NCBI GenBank assembly: GCA_965649225.1
Contig: CBFGJX010000012.1
Location: 1-64,000 of the forward strand
Direction of reading: 5' to 3'
DNA: 64,000 nt
DNA from: a candidate division WOR-3 bacterium
GTDB lineage: Bacteria; Hydrothermota; Tepidihabitantia; Tepidihabitantales; Tepidihabitantaceae
The notes below the pieces were generated by a model. It was not told the origin of the DNA. It made no database searches and was given only the letters and a program-made list of their open reading frames with translations. The number at the start of each line of letters is the position of its first letter. The first letter of the stretch is position 1. Shown in pieces: positions 56,084 through 64,000 of the stretch. The position numbers and the translations under genes were made by a program.

Positions 56084-56494
56084 GTGATTCATCGTCCACG
56101 CAGACTCAAACTGATGGCGGAAATGAATATCACATCGCTGGCCGATGTCAGTTTCACGCTGATGGTGATTTTTCTGATTGCCGGCGTCTCGACTGCCCTG
56201 AGCCGGAATCAGGGAATAGACCTCGAACTGCCCCGCACCACTACGGTTGAACCCCAACCCAAGCAGGGTCTTGACATCAGCATCAAGGCCAACGGTGAGA
56301 TTTTCGTCGGCCGCAAGCTGACGGATATTGATCGCTTCAGCCGGACATTGAGCGACGAGCTGGCCAAGGGCGACTATGACCGTGTCTATCTGCGTTCCGA
56401 CAAGCGTGTTGATTATGGCACGGTGATGACGGTGCTGGGCGCGGTGCGCGAACACGGCATCACCGACATCGGACTGGTAGCCTTGCCGCGGTGA
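56084..56494 (+). CDS. tolR: TolR/ExbD
   Basis: EMNITSLADV.F.LMVIFL, LELP, VYLRSDKRVDYG.VM.V; GTG 56084 preferred. Confidence 0.88.
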   Translation: MIHRPRRLKLMAEMNITSLADVSFTLMVIFLIAGVSTALSRNQGIDLELPRTTTVEPQPKQGLDISIKANGEIFVGRKLTDIDRFSRTLSDELAKGDYDRVYLRSDKRVDYGTVMTVLGAVREHGITDIGLVALPR

Positions 56495-57072
56495 CGCGGG
56501 ATCTGCTGTTTTCTTCTTTCGGCCATGCTTTGCTGCTGCTGATTGCGGCGGCAGTTACCAGTCGCAGTCCGGTGCGGGACATGCGTCGGCCGCCGGTCAT
56601 TGCCGTCCGGCTGCCGCCCGGTGGCGAAGTACAGCCGCAACCCCGACCGGAAAAGAAGCAGGCGGAGGTCGTTGAACCCAAACCCAAGGCTCAGAGCGCA
56701 CCCAAGCCAGCGACGCAGCCCAAGCCGGTAGAGCAACAGAATCAGGTTCGCCGGTTCGGTCTCGGAGTTAACATCGAGGGGGCCGAGGCGCTGGGGTACT
56801 CATACTACCTTACTCGGATGCTGGAGATGATCAATGCCAACTGGCTGAATCCGTATGCCGGGCAGGCGATCAGCCGCAGTGCGACGATTGTCTTTCTGAT
56901 TGAGAGAGACGGCGTCATCAGCGATGTTCGTATAGAAAAGTCCTCCGGCGACCGGGCTTACGACCTGTCATGTGAAAGGGCGGTGAAAGTTACCGAAAAG
57001 CTGCCGCCTTTGCCGGCCGATTTTGCCGGGCCGCGGCTGAAACTGCACCTGGAGTTCGAGCAAAAACCCTGA
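56491..57072 (+). CDS. Short TolA/TonB-like protein
   Basis: SFGH in TM (SxxxH), Pro/Lys linker, C-term YY..I..NW..F.I.RDG..SSGD.AYD..RAV..LPPLP. Confidence 0.8.
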   Translation: MTRDLLFSSFGHALLLLIAAAVTSRSPVRDMRRPPVIAVRLPPGGEVQPQPRPEKKQAEVVEPKPKAQSAPKPATQPKPVEQQNQVRRFGLGVNIEGAEALGYSYYLTRMLEMINANWLNPYAGQAISRSATIVFLIERDGVISDVRIEKSSGDRAYDLSCERAVKVTEKLPPLPADFAGPRLKLHLEFEQKP

Positions 57073-57130
57073 ACGTCGGCACCGGCAAAGCTGGTGTTGA
57101 CAGCGCGGCCGGGGCGGAGTAAAGAAGTCC

Positions 57131-60100
57131 GTGCCCAGCAAAACCGCAACTGCCAGTTTCGTGCACCTGCACAACCATTCTGAATTCAGCCTTCTTGACG
57201 GGGCGTCGCGGATTGAGGACATGGTCAAGCTCGCGGCGGAATTCGGGATGCCGGCTTTGGCAGTTACCGACCACGGCAATCTCTTCGGGGCAATCCGTTT
57301 CTTCAAGGCTGCAGAAAAAGCCGGGGTGAAACCGATTGTCGGAGCCGAGGTTTATGTTGCCCCCGGGGACCGGCGGGAACGGAAGCAGTATCCGGGCATT
57401 GGCGACGCCAGTTTTCATCTGACGCTCTTGTGCCGTGATGAGACCGGTTGGCACAATCTGATGAAACTGGTATCGCTGGGCTGGCTGGAGGGGTTCTATT
57501 ACAAGCCGCGGATCGATCGCGAACTGCTGGCCCAGCATGCGGCCGGCCTGATCGGCCTGTCGGGTTGTCTTAAGGGTGAGGTTGGTCACTGGCTGCTGCG
57601 TGATGAGGCCGAGCAGGCAATGACGGCCGCGGCGGCCTATCAGGCAATCCTCGGTCCGGAAAACTTCTATCTCGAGGCGATGCGTTCCGGACTGCCTGAG
57701 CAGGAGAAGATTATTCCCGGGCTGAAGGAAATCAGCGCAGCACTGGGGATTCCAATCGTTGCTACCAACGACTGTCACTACCTGCGACCCGAAGACGTGC
57801 GGGCGCACGATGCGCTGGTGTGTATTCAGACCGGCCGACGGATGAAGGACACCGGCCGGCTGTCAATGGCCGGTGCCGATTTCCATTTCCGTTCGCCGGA
57901 GGAGATGCTGCAGGTCTTCGCTGATATGCCCGATGCGGTCAAGCGCACCCGGGAGGTGGCCGATAAATGCAACCTGAATCTGGACCTTTCGCGCAAGCGT
58001 TTCTATCTGCCCCGGTTCGACCCGCCGCCGGAGTTTGAAGACGCCGACAGCTATCTGGAACATCTTGCCCGTACCGGCCTGCGCCGTCGTTATTCCCGGG
58101 TGACGCCGGCAGTGGAAGAACGGCTTGCCCGTGAGCTGGCGGTTATTCGTGCCACCCGCTTTGCCGGCTATTTTCTCGTCGTACGCGATATCATTGCCGC
58201 AGCGCGCGAGCGGGGTATCCCGGTCGGACCCGGCCGGGGCTCAGCGGCAGGCAGTCTGGTCCTCTACTGTCTGGGTATTACCGACATTGACCCGCTGCGC
58301 TACGGGTTGCTCTTTGAGCGTTTCCTGACCAGCGAGCGGGTAACGCTGCCTGATATCGATGTTGATTTCGCCGATGACCGCCGGCAGGAAGTGATTGACT
58401 ATATTCGTCAGCGTTACGGTGCCGACTCGGTAGCCCAGATTATCACCTTCGGTACGATGCAGGCGCGGGCCGCTGTTCGCGATGTCGGTCGCGTGCTGGA
58501 GATTCCCATCGGTGACGTCGATCGCATTGCCAAACTGATTCCGGTCGGGAGCGAGCTGGGCGAGGCACTGGAGGAAAGCAGCGAACTGCGGGCAGCGGTT
58601 GCCGAAAAGCCGGAGTTCGGCGAGATGATTGATATTGCCCGGCGGATAGAGGGTCTTCATCGTCATCCGTCAATCCATGCTTCGGCGGTCGTCATCGCTC
58701 CGCGGCCGTTGCTGGAACTGGTGCCGCTTTACCGGTCGTCCGATGCCGGTGTCTGCACTCAGTTTGACATGCACTCGCTGGAAGACGTCGGGCTGTTGAA
58801 GATGGACGTTCTCGGTCTGCGGACGCTGACGGTGGTCGAGGAGACCAACCGGCTCGTTCGCGAAGGCGGTCATAGTTTCGACTTCAACCAGCTGCCGCTG
58901 GACGATGCCGCGACTTTCCGGCTGCTGCAGCGGGGCGAGACCGTCGGCGTATTTCAGCTGGAGAGCAGCGGGATGCGGGACCTGGTGCGTCGGATGATGC
59001 CGGACCGGCTGGAGCACATCATCGCGATCATTTCGATGTACCGGCCCGGGCCGATGGACCTGATACCGCGCTATCTTGCCCGCAAGGCAGGAAAAGAGCA
59101 GATTGAATACGAACACGAGCTGCTGGAGCCGATCTGCCGCGAGACCTACGGCATTCTGATTTATCAGGAACAGGTAATGCAGGCGGCACAGGCGCTGGCC
59201 GGATTTACCCCAGGCAAGGCCGACCTGCTGCGGTGGGCGATGGGCAAGAAGAACGTCGAACTGATGCGAACGCTCCGGCCGGACTTCATCGCCGGCTGTC
59301 AGCAGCACAACCGCATTCCCGCCAGCCGTGCCGAAAAGATTTTCGAGCTGCTTGCCAGCTTTGCCGGTTACGGGTTCAACAAGTCACATGCCGCCGGCTA
59401 TGCTTATCTTTCCTACGTTACCGCTTATCTGAAAGCGCACTTTCCGGTCGAGTTTCTTGCCGCCACGCTGACGAGCGAACTCGGAGACTCGAAACGGCTG
59501 GCCCAGCTCGTTCAGGAAGCACGCCGGATGGGCTTGGAGCTGCTCGGACCGGACATCAACCGCAGCGAGGTCCGTTTCAGCATCGAGGACGGGGGCATCC
59601 GTTTCGGGCTTGCCGGTATCCGAAATCTGGGCGAGGGTGCCAGTGAAGCGATTGTCCGTCAACGCCGGGAGCATGGTGATTTTCGCGGTCTGGCTGACTT
59701 CCTTACCCGGATGCGCGGTACCGTCAACCGCAAGGCGGTGGAGTCGCTGATCAAGGCGGGTGCGTTCGACAGTCACAATCCGGACCGTGCCCAGCTGCTG
59801 GCCGGTCTTGATGCCGAACTGGCCCGGGCCGGTTCCGAGCGGCTGCGCTACCTGGAACGGCAGACGGCGCTGTTTGAATCCGCGGCACCGCTCAACGAGC
59901 CGGTCGTGGCAGTAGAATACAACAACGATATTCGGCTGGCCTACGAGAAGGAGGCGTTCGGGTTCTGGTTTTCTTCGCATCCGCTTGAGCCGCTGCGGCC
60001 GGTCTATGAAGCGCTGGGGCTGAAATCGAGCAGTGAACTGGGGACACTGCGTGACAACGAGACGGTTGCCGTCGGTGGAGTGGTGACGCAACGGCGGGCG

Positions 60101-60628
60101 CGGCGGGGCAAGGACGACCGGGAGTACTTTATCATCACGCTGGACGACTTCGACGGCAGCGTCGAGGTGATGGTCTTTACTGACCAGCTTGAAACCTGCC
60201 GGGCGCTGCTGAAGCTTGACAGCATCGTTGCGGTCCAGGGCCGGGTCAAGGTCCGGGCCGAGGGCGGCTCGGGCGTACCGCAGATCTGGGCCAGTCAGGT
60301 ATTGCCGCTGGCCGAGTGCAGTCGCTATCTGCGCGTGCTGGCGGTGGAGCTGGAAGAAGACCAGCTCGATGAGCTGGTTCTGCGCAAACTGCAGGAACGA
60401 CTGGCGGCCAGTCCGGGCGAAACACCGGTCTGGCTGCGGTTGCGTCGGCGTGATGACAGCTGGCGCAGTTTTCAGCTGCTGGACTGGCGTGTCAGAGTCG
60501 ATAACGCCCTGCTCGCCGACCTTTCCCGGATCGAGAACATCCGGGCAGTGAAGGTCAAGGGCGAGCTGCCGAGCTGCAACGGTAACAACCGGCGGCGGTC
60601 ACCGCGGTCGCGGAAGGCCGGTCAGTAA
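57131..60628 (+). CDS. dnaE: DNA polymerase III alpha subunit
   Basis: HLHNHSEFSLLDG, TDHGN, GRGSAAGS, PDIDVDF, KMDVLGL, YGFNKSHA, OB fold. Confidence 0.98.
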   Translation: MPSKTATASFVHLHNHSEFSLLDGASRIEDMVKLAAEFGMPALAVTDHGNLFGAIRFFKAAEKAGVKPIVGAEVYVAPGDRRERKQYPGIGDASFHLTLLCRDETGWHNLMKLVSLGWLEGFYYKPRIDRELLAQHAAGLIGLSGCLKGEVGHWLLRDEAEQAMTAAAAYQAILGPENFYLEAMRSGLPEQEKIIPGLKEISAALGIPIVATNDCHYLRPEDVRAHDALVCIQTGRRMKDTGRLSMAGADFHFRSPEEMLQVFADMPDAVKRTREVADKCNLNLDLSRKRFYLPRFDPPPEFEDADSYLEHLARTGLRRRYSRVTPAVEERLARELAVIRATRFAGYFLVVRDIIAAARERGIPVGPGRGSAAGSLVLYCLGITDIDPLRYGLLFERFLTSERVTLPDIDVDFADDRRQEVIDYIRQRYGADSVAQIITFGTMQARAAVRDVGRVLEIPIGDVDRIAKLIPVGSELGEALEESSELRAAVAEKPEFGEMIDIARRIEGLHRHPSIHASAVVIAPRPLLELVPLYRSSDAGVCTQFDMHSLEDVGLLKMDVLGLRTLTVVEETNRLVREGGHSFDFNQLPLDDAATFRLLQRGETVGVFQLESSGMRDLVRRMMPDRLEHIIAIISMYRPGPMDLIPRYLARKAGKEQIEYEHELLEPICRETYGILIYQEQVMQAAQALAGFTPGKADLLRWAMGKKNVELMRTLRPDFIAGCQQHNRIPASRAEKIFELLASFAGYGFNKSHAAGYAYLSYVTAYLKAHFPVEFLAATLTSELGDSKRLAQLVQEARRMGLELLGPDINRSEVRFSIEDGGIRFGLAGIRNLGEGASEAIVRQRREHGDFRGLADFLTRMRGTVNRKAVESLIKAGAFDSHNPDRAQLLAGLDAELARAGSERLRYLERQTALFESAAPLNEPVVAVEYNNDIRLAYEKEAFGFWFSSHPLEPLRPVYEALGLKSSSELGTLRDNETVAVGGVVTQRRARRGKDDREYFIITLDDFDGSVEVMVFTDQLETCRALLKLDSIVAVQGRVKVRAEGGSGVPQIWASQVLPLAECSRYLRVLAVELEEDQLDELVLRKLQERLAASPGETPVWLRLRRRDDSWRSFQLLDWRVRVDNALLADLSRIENIRAVKVKGELPSCNGNNRRRSPRSRKAGQ

Positions 60629-60632
60629 GTCT

Positions 60633-61571
60633 TCAGTCCAACTGTTTGTCCGAGTCGGGGACAACCAGTGCGGTGAGGCGGCGGATGCGGTCTTCGATCG
60701 GCGGGTGGGTGGCAAAGAGTGACAAGGCGCCGGCGCCAAACGGATTGGCAATGAACAGATGGGCGGTGGCGCTGGAAGCCGAGCGGAGGCGGCCGGAAAA
60801 TGCCCCGAGCTTGGCCAGGGCCGAGGCAAGGCCGTTGGGGTTGCGGACAATCAGTGCACCGGCGGCGTCGGCAAGGTACTCGCGCTGACGCGACACCGCG
60901 GCACGGATCAACGCCACAAACAGCGGGGCGAGAATCGCCAGCACCAGCCCAACCAGTCCGATAACGATGCCTACCTGACCGCCGCCGCGGCTCGAACTGC
61001 GCCGGTCGCGGCGGCCACCCCAGAAAAATCCCCAGCGCAGGAAGATGTCGCGAAACAGCACAATCAGTCCGCCGACGATGGCGACAACGGTCATCAGCAG
61101 GATGTCGTAGTTGCGGATATGGGCGACCTCGTGGGCGATGACTCCCTGCAGTTCCTCGCGGTTCATTGTCTCGAGCAGGCCGCGGGTAACTGCCACCGCG
61201 GCATGAGCGGGATTGCGGCCGGTGGCAAAGGCATTGGGGGCCGGGTCGTCGATTACATATACTGCCGGTTTCGGAATGCCGGCGGCAATGGCGACTTCTT
61301 CGACGACGTTGTGCAGCAGGCGGAACTCAGCCGGGTCGGCGGGCCGGGCACGGTTGACGGCGAGGGCGAGCCGATCGGAATTGTAGTAGAGCACCAGATT
61401 GTAGATGATGACAAACCCGGCAAACAGAGCGTAGGCTTCGATGCCCCAGCCAAAGTACCAGCCCAGTGCCAGCCCGACAATGCCAAGCAGCAGGGTTATC
61501 AGCGCAATAAAAAGCGCTGTTTTCAGCCGGTTGGCTGCAATCAGCTGATAGAGATGTCGCCGTTCGGGCAA
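60633..61571 (-). CDS. htpX: HtpX-like M48 zinc protease
   Basis: PNAFATGRNP, EELQGVIAHEVAH, SRQREYLADA, FATHPP..RI. Confidence 0.92.
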   Translation of the reverse strand: MPERRHLYQLIAANRLKTALFIALITLLLGIVGLALGWYFGWGIEAYALFAGFVIIYNLVLYYNSDRLALAVNRARPADPAEFRLLHNVVEEVAIAAGIPKPAVYVIDDPAPNAFATGRNPAHAAVAVTRGLLETMNREELQGVIAHEVAHIRNYDILLMTVVAIVGGLIVLFRDIFLRWGFFWGGRRDRRSSSRGGGQVGIVIGLVGLVLAILAPLFVALIRAAVSRQREYLADAAGALIVRNPNGLASALAKLGAFSGRLRSASSATAHLFIANPFGAGALSLFATHPPIEDRIRRLTALVVPDSDKQLD

Positions 61572-61582
61572 GGTCTTGCCGG

Positions 61583-62134
61583 TCAGAACTGGACTTTCGG
61601 CGCCGTTCGCTCCGATTCAGGCACCGAATAGAACTCGGCCGGTTCAAACCGGAACAGGCTGGCGAAAATGTTGGCCGGGAAGACTTCGCGCGAGTTGTTG
61701 TAGTCCATCACGACATCGTTGTAGAACTGCCGGGCAAAGGCGATCTTGTTCTCGGTGGTCGTCAGCTCTTCCTGCAGTTTGAGGAAGTTTTCGTTGGCTT
61801 TGAGGTTGGGGTAGTTCTCAACCACGGCGAACAGCGTCTTCAGTGTATCGGAGAGCATGTTGTTCGCCCGGGCCGATTCAGCCGGTGACTTGGCGTTGAT
61901 TGCCAGCGAACGGGCTTCGGCAATCCGTTCAAAGATTGCCTTTTCGTGGGCGGCATAGCCCTTGACGGTCTCGACCAGATTCGGAATCAGGTCAATCCGG
62001 CGTTTGAGCTGGACATCAATCTGGTGCCAGCCGTTTTTTACCCGGTTGCGCTTGATTACCAGCGAATTGTAGATGCTGATGGCAATCACCGCCAGCAGGC
62101 CGACCGCAGCCAGTATTACTATCAGTGCAATCAT
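61583..62134 (-). CDS. lemA: LemA family protein
   Basis: [50 protein letters not shown]. Confidence 0.95.
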   Translation of the reverse strand: MIALIVILAAVGLLAVIAISIYNSLVIKRNRVKNGWHQIDVQLKRRIDLIPNLVETVKGYAAHEKAIFERIAEARSLAINAKSPAESARANNMLSDTLKTLFAVVENYPNLKANENFLKLQEELTTTENKIAFARQFYNDVVMDYNNSREVFPANIFASLFRFEPAEFYSVPESERTAPKVQF

Positions 62135-62155
62135 TGTCTAACTCCTTGGACTGCA

Positions 62156-62183
62156 ATTCTAACCTGCGCCAGCCGACTGTCAA
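62156..62183 (-). promoter_or_regulatory. sigma70-like promoter for lemA-htpX
   Basis: Minus strand TTGACA-16-TAGAAT. Confidence 0.75.
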
Positions 62184-62294
62184 ACCATCGGACCGACTGC
62201 GGCGTCATTCGCGGCTCCGTTCCGGCAGTGGCCGGCACCCGGGGCAGCGAATACCGCCTGTCAGCGGGCGGTGCCGGGCAGGATGGCTGCTGGC

Positions 62295-62322
62295 TTGACC
62301 ACCGTCTGGTTTCCCATATATT
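62295..62322 (+). promoter_or_regulatory. sigma70-like promoter for crotonase-thiolase
   Basis: TTGACC-16-TATATT. Confidence 0.65.
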
Positions 62323-62361
62323 GGCCCTGACCGCCCGCACCGGGGCGGCGCAGGAGGCACA

Positions 62362-63135
62362 GTGGATTTCAAGTATCTGATACTGGACCAGGTCGACGGT
62401 ATCGGCTGGCTGCGATTCAACCGGCCGCCGGTGAATGCGCTCTGTACCGAACTGGTGCTGGAACTGGAGCGGGCAGTGGACAATTTCGCCCGGCAGGCTG
62501 ATGTCAGGGCGATTGTGCTGACCGGGGCCGGCAAGGCATTCGTCGCTGGCGCCGATATCGCCGAGATGTCGTCGTTCACCCCACTGCAGGCGCGGGCTTT
62601 TGCCCAGGCGGGACATCGCACCCTGACAAAGCTGGCCGGTATTGAAAAGCCGACAATCGCGGCGATCAACGGTTACGCCCTGGGAGGCGGGTGCGAGGTC
62701 GCGTTGGCATGCGACATCAGGATACTGGCCGAAGGGGTCAGGATCGGTCAGCCCGAGGTCAATCTCGGACTGATCCCCGGTTTTGGCGGTACGCAACGAC
62801 TGGCGCGACTCGTCGGACCGGGCATTGCCAAGGAACTGATTTTTACCGGCGATGCGCTCGATGCCGCCGAGGCACTGCGGATCGGGCTGGCGAACCGGGT
62901 TGTGCCGGCGGACAAGCTGCTGGAAACCGCGACCGAGCTGGCCCGGAAGATCAGCAGCCGGGGGCCGACCGCAGTGCGGCTGGCCAAGACCTGCATAAAC
63001 CGGGGGCTGGATTGCGGGCTGGAAGTCGGCAATGCGCTGGAAATAGAGGCGTTCGGTGTCTGTTTCGGCACTGGGGAGCCGGCCGAGGGTACGAAGGCAT
63101 TTCTGGAAAAGCGCCCGCCGGTCTGGCCGGCGTGA
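62362..63135 (+). CDS. Enoyl-CoA hydratase (crotonase)
   Basis: AFVAGADI, AAINGYALGGGCE, GQPEVNLG.IPGFGGTQRL; SD AGGAGG. Confidence 0.94.
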   Translation: MDFKYLILDQVDGIGWLRFNRPPVNALCTELVLELERAVDNFARQADVRAIVLTGAGKAFVAGADIAEMSSFTPLQARAFAQAGHRTLTKLAGIEKPTIAAINGYALGGGCEVALACDIRILAEGVRIGQPEVNLGLIPGFGGTQRLARLVGPGIAKELIFTGDALDAAEALRIGLANRVVPADKLLETATELARKISSRGPTAVRLAKTCINRGLDCGLEVGNALEIEAFGVCFGTGEPAEGTKAFLEKRPPVWPA

Positions 63136-63195
63136 GGCGGCACTGAACGTGATGCGGGACAGATTCCCGGCAGAAGGTCAGGAAAGGAGTAGACG

Positions 63196-64000
63196 ATGAC
63201 AATCGGCAAGGCCAAGGATACGGTGATAGTTGGTGCGGCGAGGACTGCAATCGGCCGCTTTCTGGGCGGGCTGGCCGGTTTGCGCGCACCCGACCTGGGA
63301 GCGGTGGCAATCCGGGCGGCAGTTGAGCGTGCCGGTATCAGACCGGCCGATGTTCAGGGCGTAATCATGGGCAATGTCTGTCCGGCCGGCATCGGACAGA
63401 ATCCGGCACGGCAGGCGACGATTCATGCCGGACTACCAAGCGAAACCCCGGCGCTGACCGTCAACAAGGTCTGCGGTTCCGGGATGATTGCCGCAGCACT
63501 GGCCTGTCAGATGATCAAGGCCGGCGACGCCCAGGTGATTGTCGCGGGCGGAATGGAGTCGATGTCCAACGTGCCGTACTACCTCAAGTCGCTGCGGGGC
63601 GGCAACAAGATGGGTGATGCCAAGCTGCAGGACGGTATGATCTACGACGGCATCTGGGACTATTTTGGTAACGTGCACATGGGCGAGCTGGGTGATTTCA
63701 CTGCCCAGCATGCCGGCATTACCCGTGAAGAGCAGGACCGCTGGGCGGCAGACAGTCATGCCAAGGCGGTGGCGGCAATCAAGGCGGGCAGATTCAAGGC
63801 GGAAATCGCGCCGGTAACCATACCGCAGAAGAAAGGTGAACCGGTGGTCTTCGACACCGATGAAGGCCCGCGGGCAGACACGACCTACGAGAAACTGGCG
63901 GCGCTGAAACCGGTATTCACCAAAGACGGCACAGTCACCGCCGGCAATGCTTCGTCAATCAACGACGGCGCTGCGGCGCTGGTGCTTTGCAGCGAACAGT
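63196..64000 (+). CDS. Acetyl-CoA C-acetyltransferase (thiolase), runs off window end; absent from ORF track
   Basis: [55 protein letters not shown]. Confidence 0.93.
   Translation, partial: MTIGKAKDTVIVGAARTAIGRFLGGLAGLRAPDLGAVAIRAAVERAGIRPADVQGVIMGNVCPAGIGQNPARQATIHAGLPSETPALTVNKVCGSGMIAAALACQMIKAGDAQVIVAGGMESMSNVPYYLKSLRGGNKMGDAKLQDGMIYDGIWDYFGNVHMGELGDFTAQHAGITREEQDRWAADSHAKAVAAIKAGRFKAEIAPVTIPQKKGEPVVFDTDEGPRADTTYEKLAALKPVFTKDGTVTAGNASSINDGAAALVLCSEQ

Noticed and set aside
1..64000. tRNA, rRNA, CRISPR arrays, transposases, integrases, prophage or defence genes
   Set aside because: No such motifs or regularly spaced repeats seen by eye; a computational scan would be needed to exclude short elements

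Overview
GC-rich chromosomal segment of a diderm (outer-membrane) bacterium, mostly core genes: uvrA, zapB-zapA-6S RNA-rny-ymdB, ftsK, tRNA nucleotidyltransferase, tyrS, rpsR-rplI, grpE-dnaK-dnaJ-rsmE-rpsU-mutS2-dnaG-rpoD, rsmI-pgsA-like-hflX, rho-rpmE-prfB (programmed +1 frameshift)-ferredoxin-PDO, pal-pal-cpoB-tolQRA, dnaE, lemA-htpX, crotonase-thiolase. Gene content (T9SS-like C-terminal domains, RNase Y, Tol-Pal) suggests an FCB-related lineage such as candidate division WOR-3 (inference only). I found no tRNA, rRNA, CRISPR array, transposase or prophage. Most interesting signals: (1) a secreted M1-aminopeptidase-like protein that has lost its zinc motif and is fused to an Omp85-like barrel, with its signal peptide upstream of any canonical start codon; (2) a shared GGCAACC-N16-GTCTA ECF-type promoter in the local ECF sigma gene and before the pal-tol operon (weaker copy before grpE-dnaK), suggesting an envelope-stress regulon; (3) a tandem array of three paralogous FN3 + HmuY-like lipoproteins headed by an Lpp-like coiled-coil lipoprotein with a structured leader; (4) sigma70-like promoters with mostly 16-bp spacers and many leaderless genes. 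All family calls come from motif recognition by eye, not database searches.
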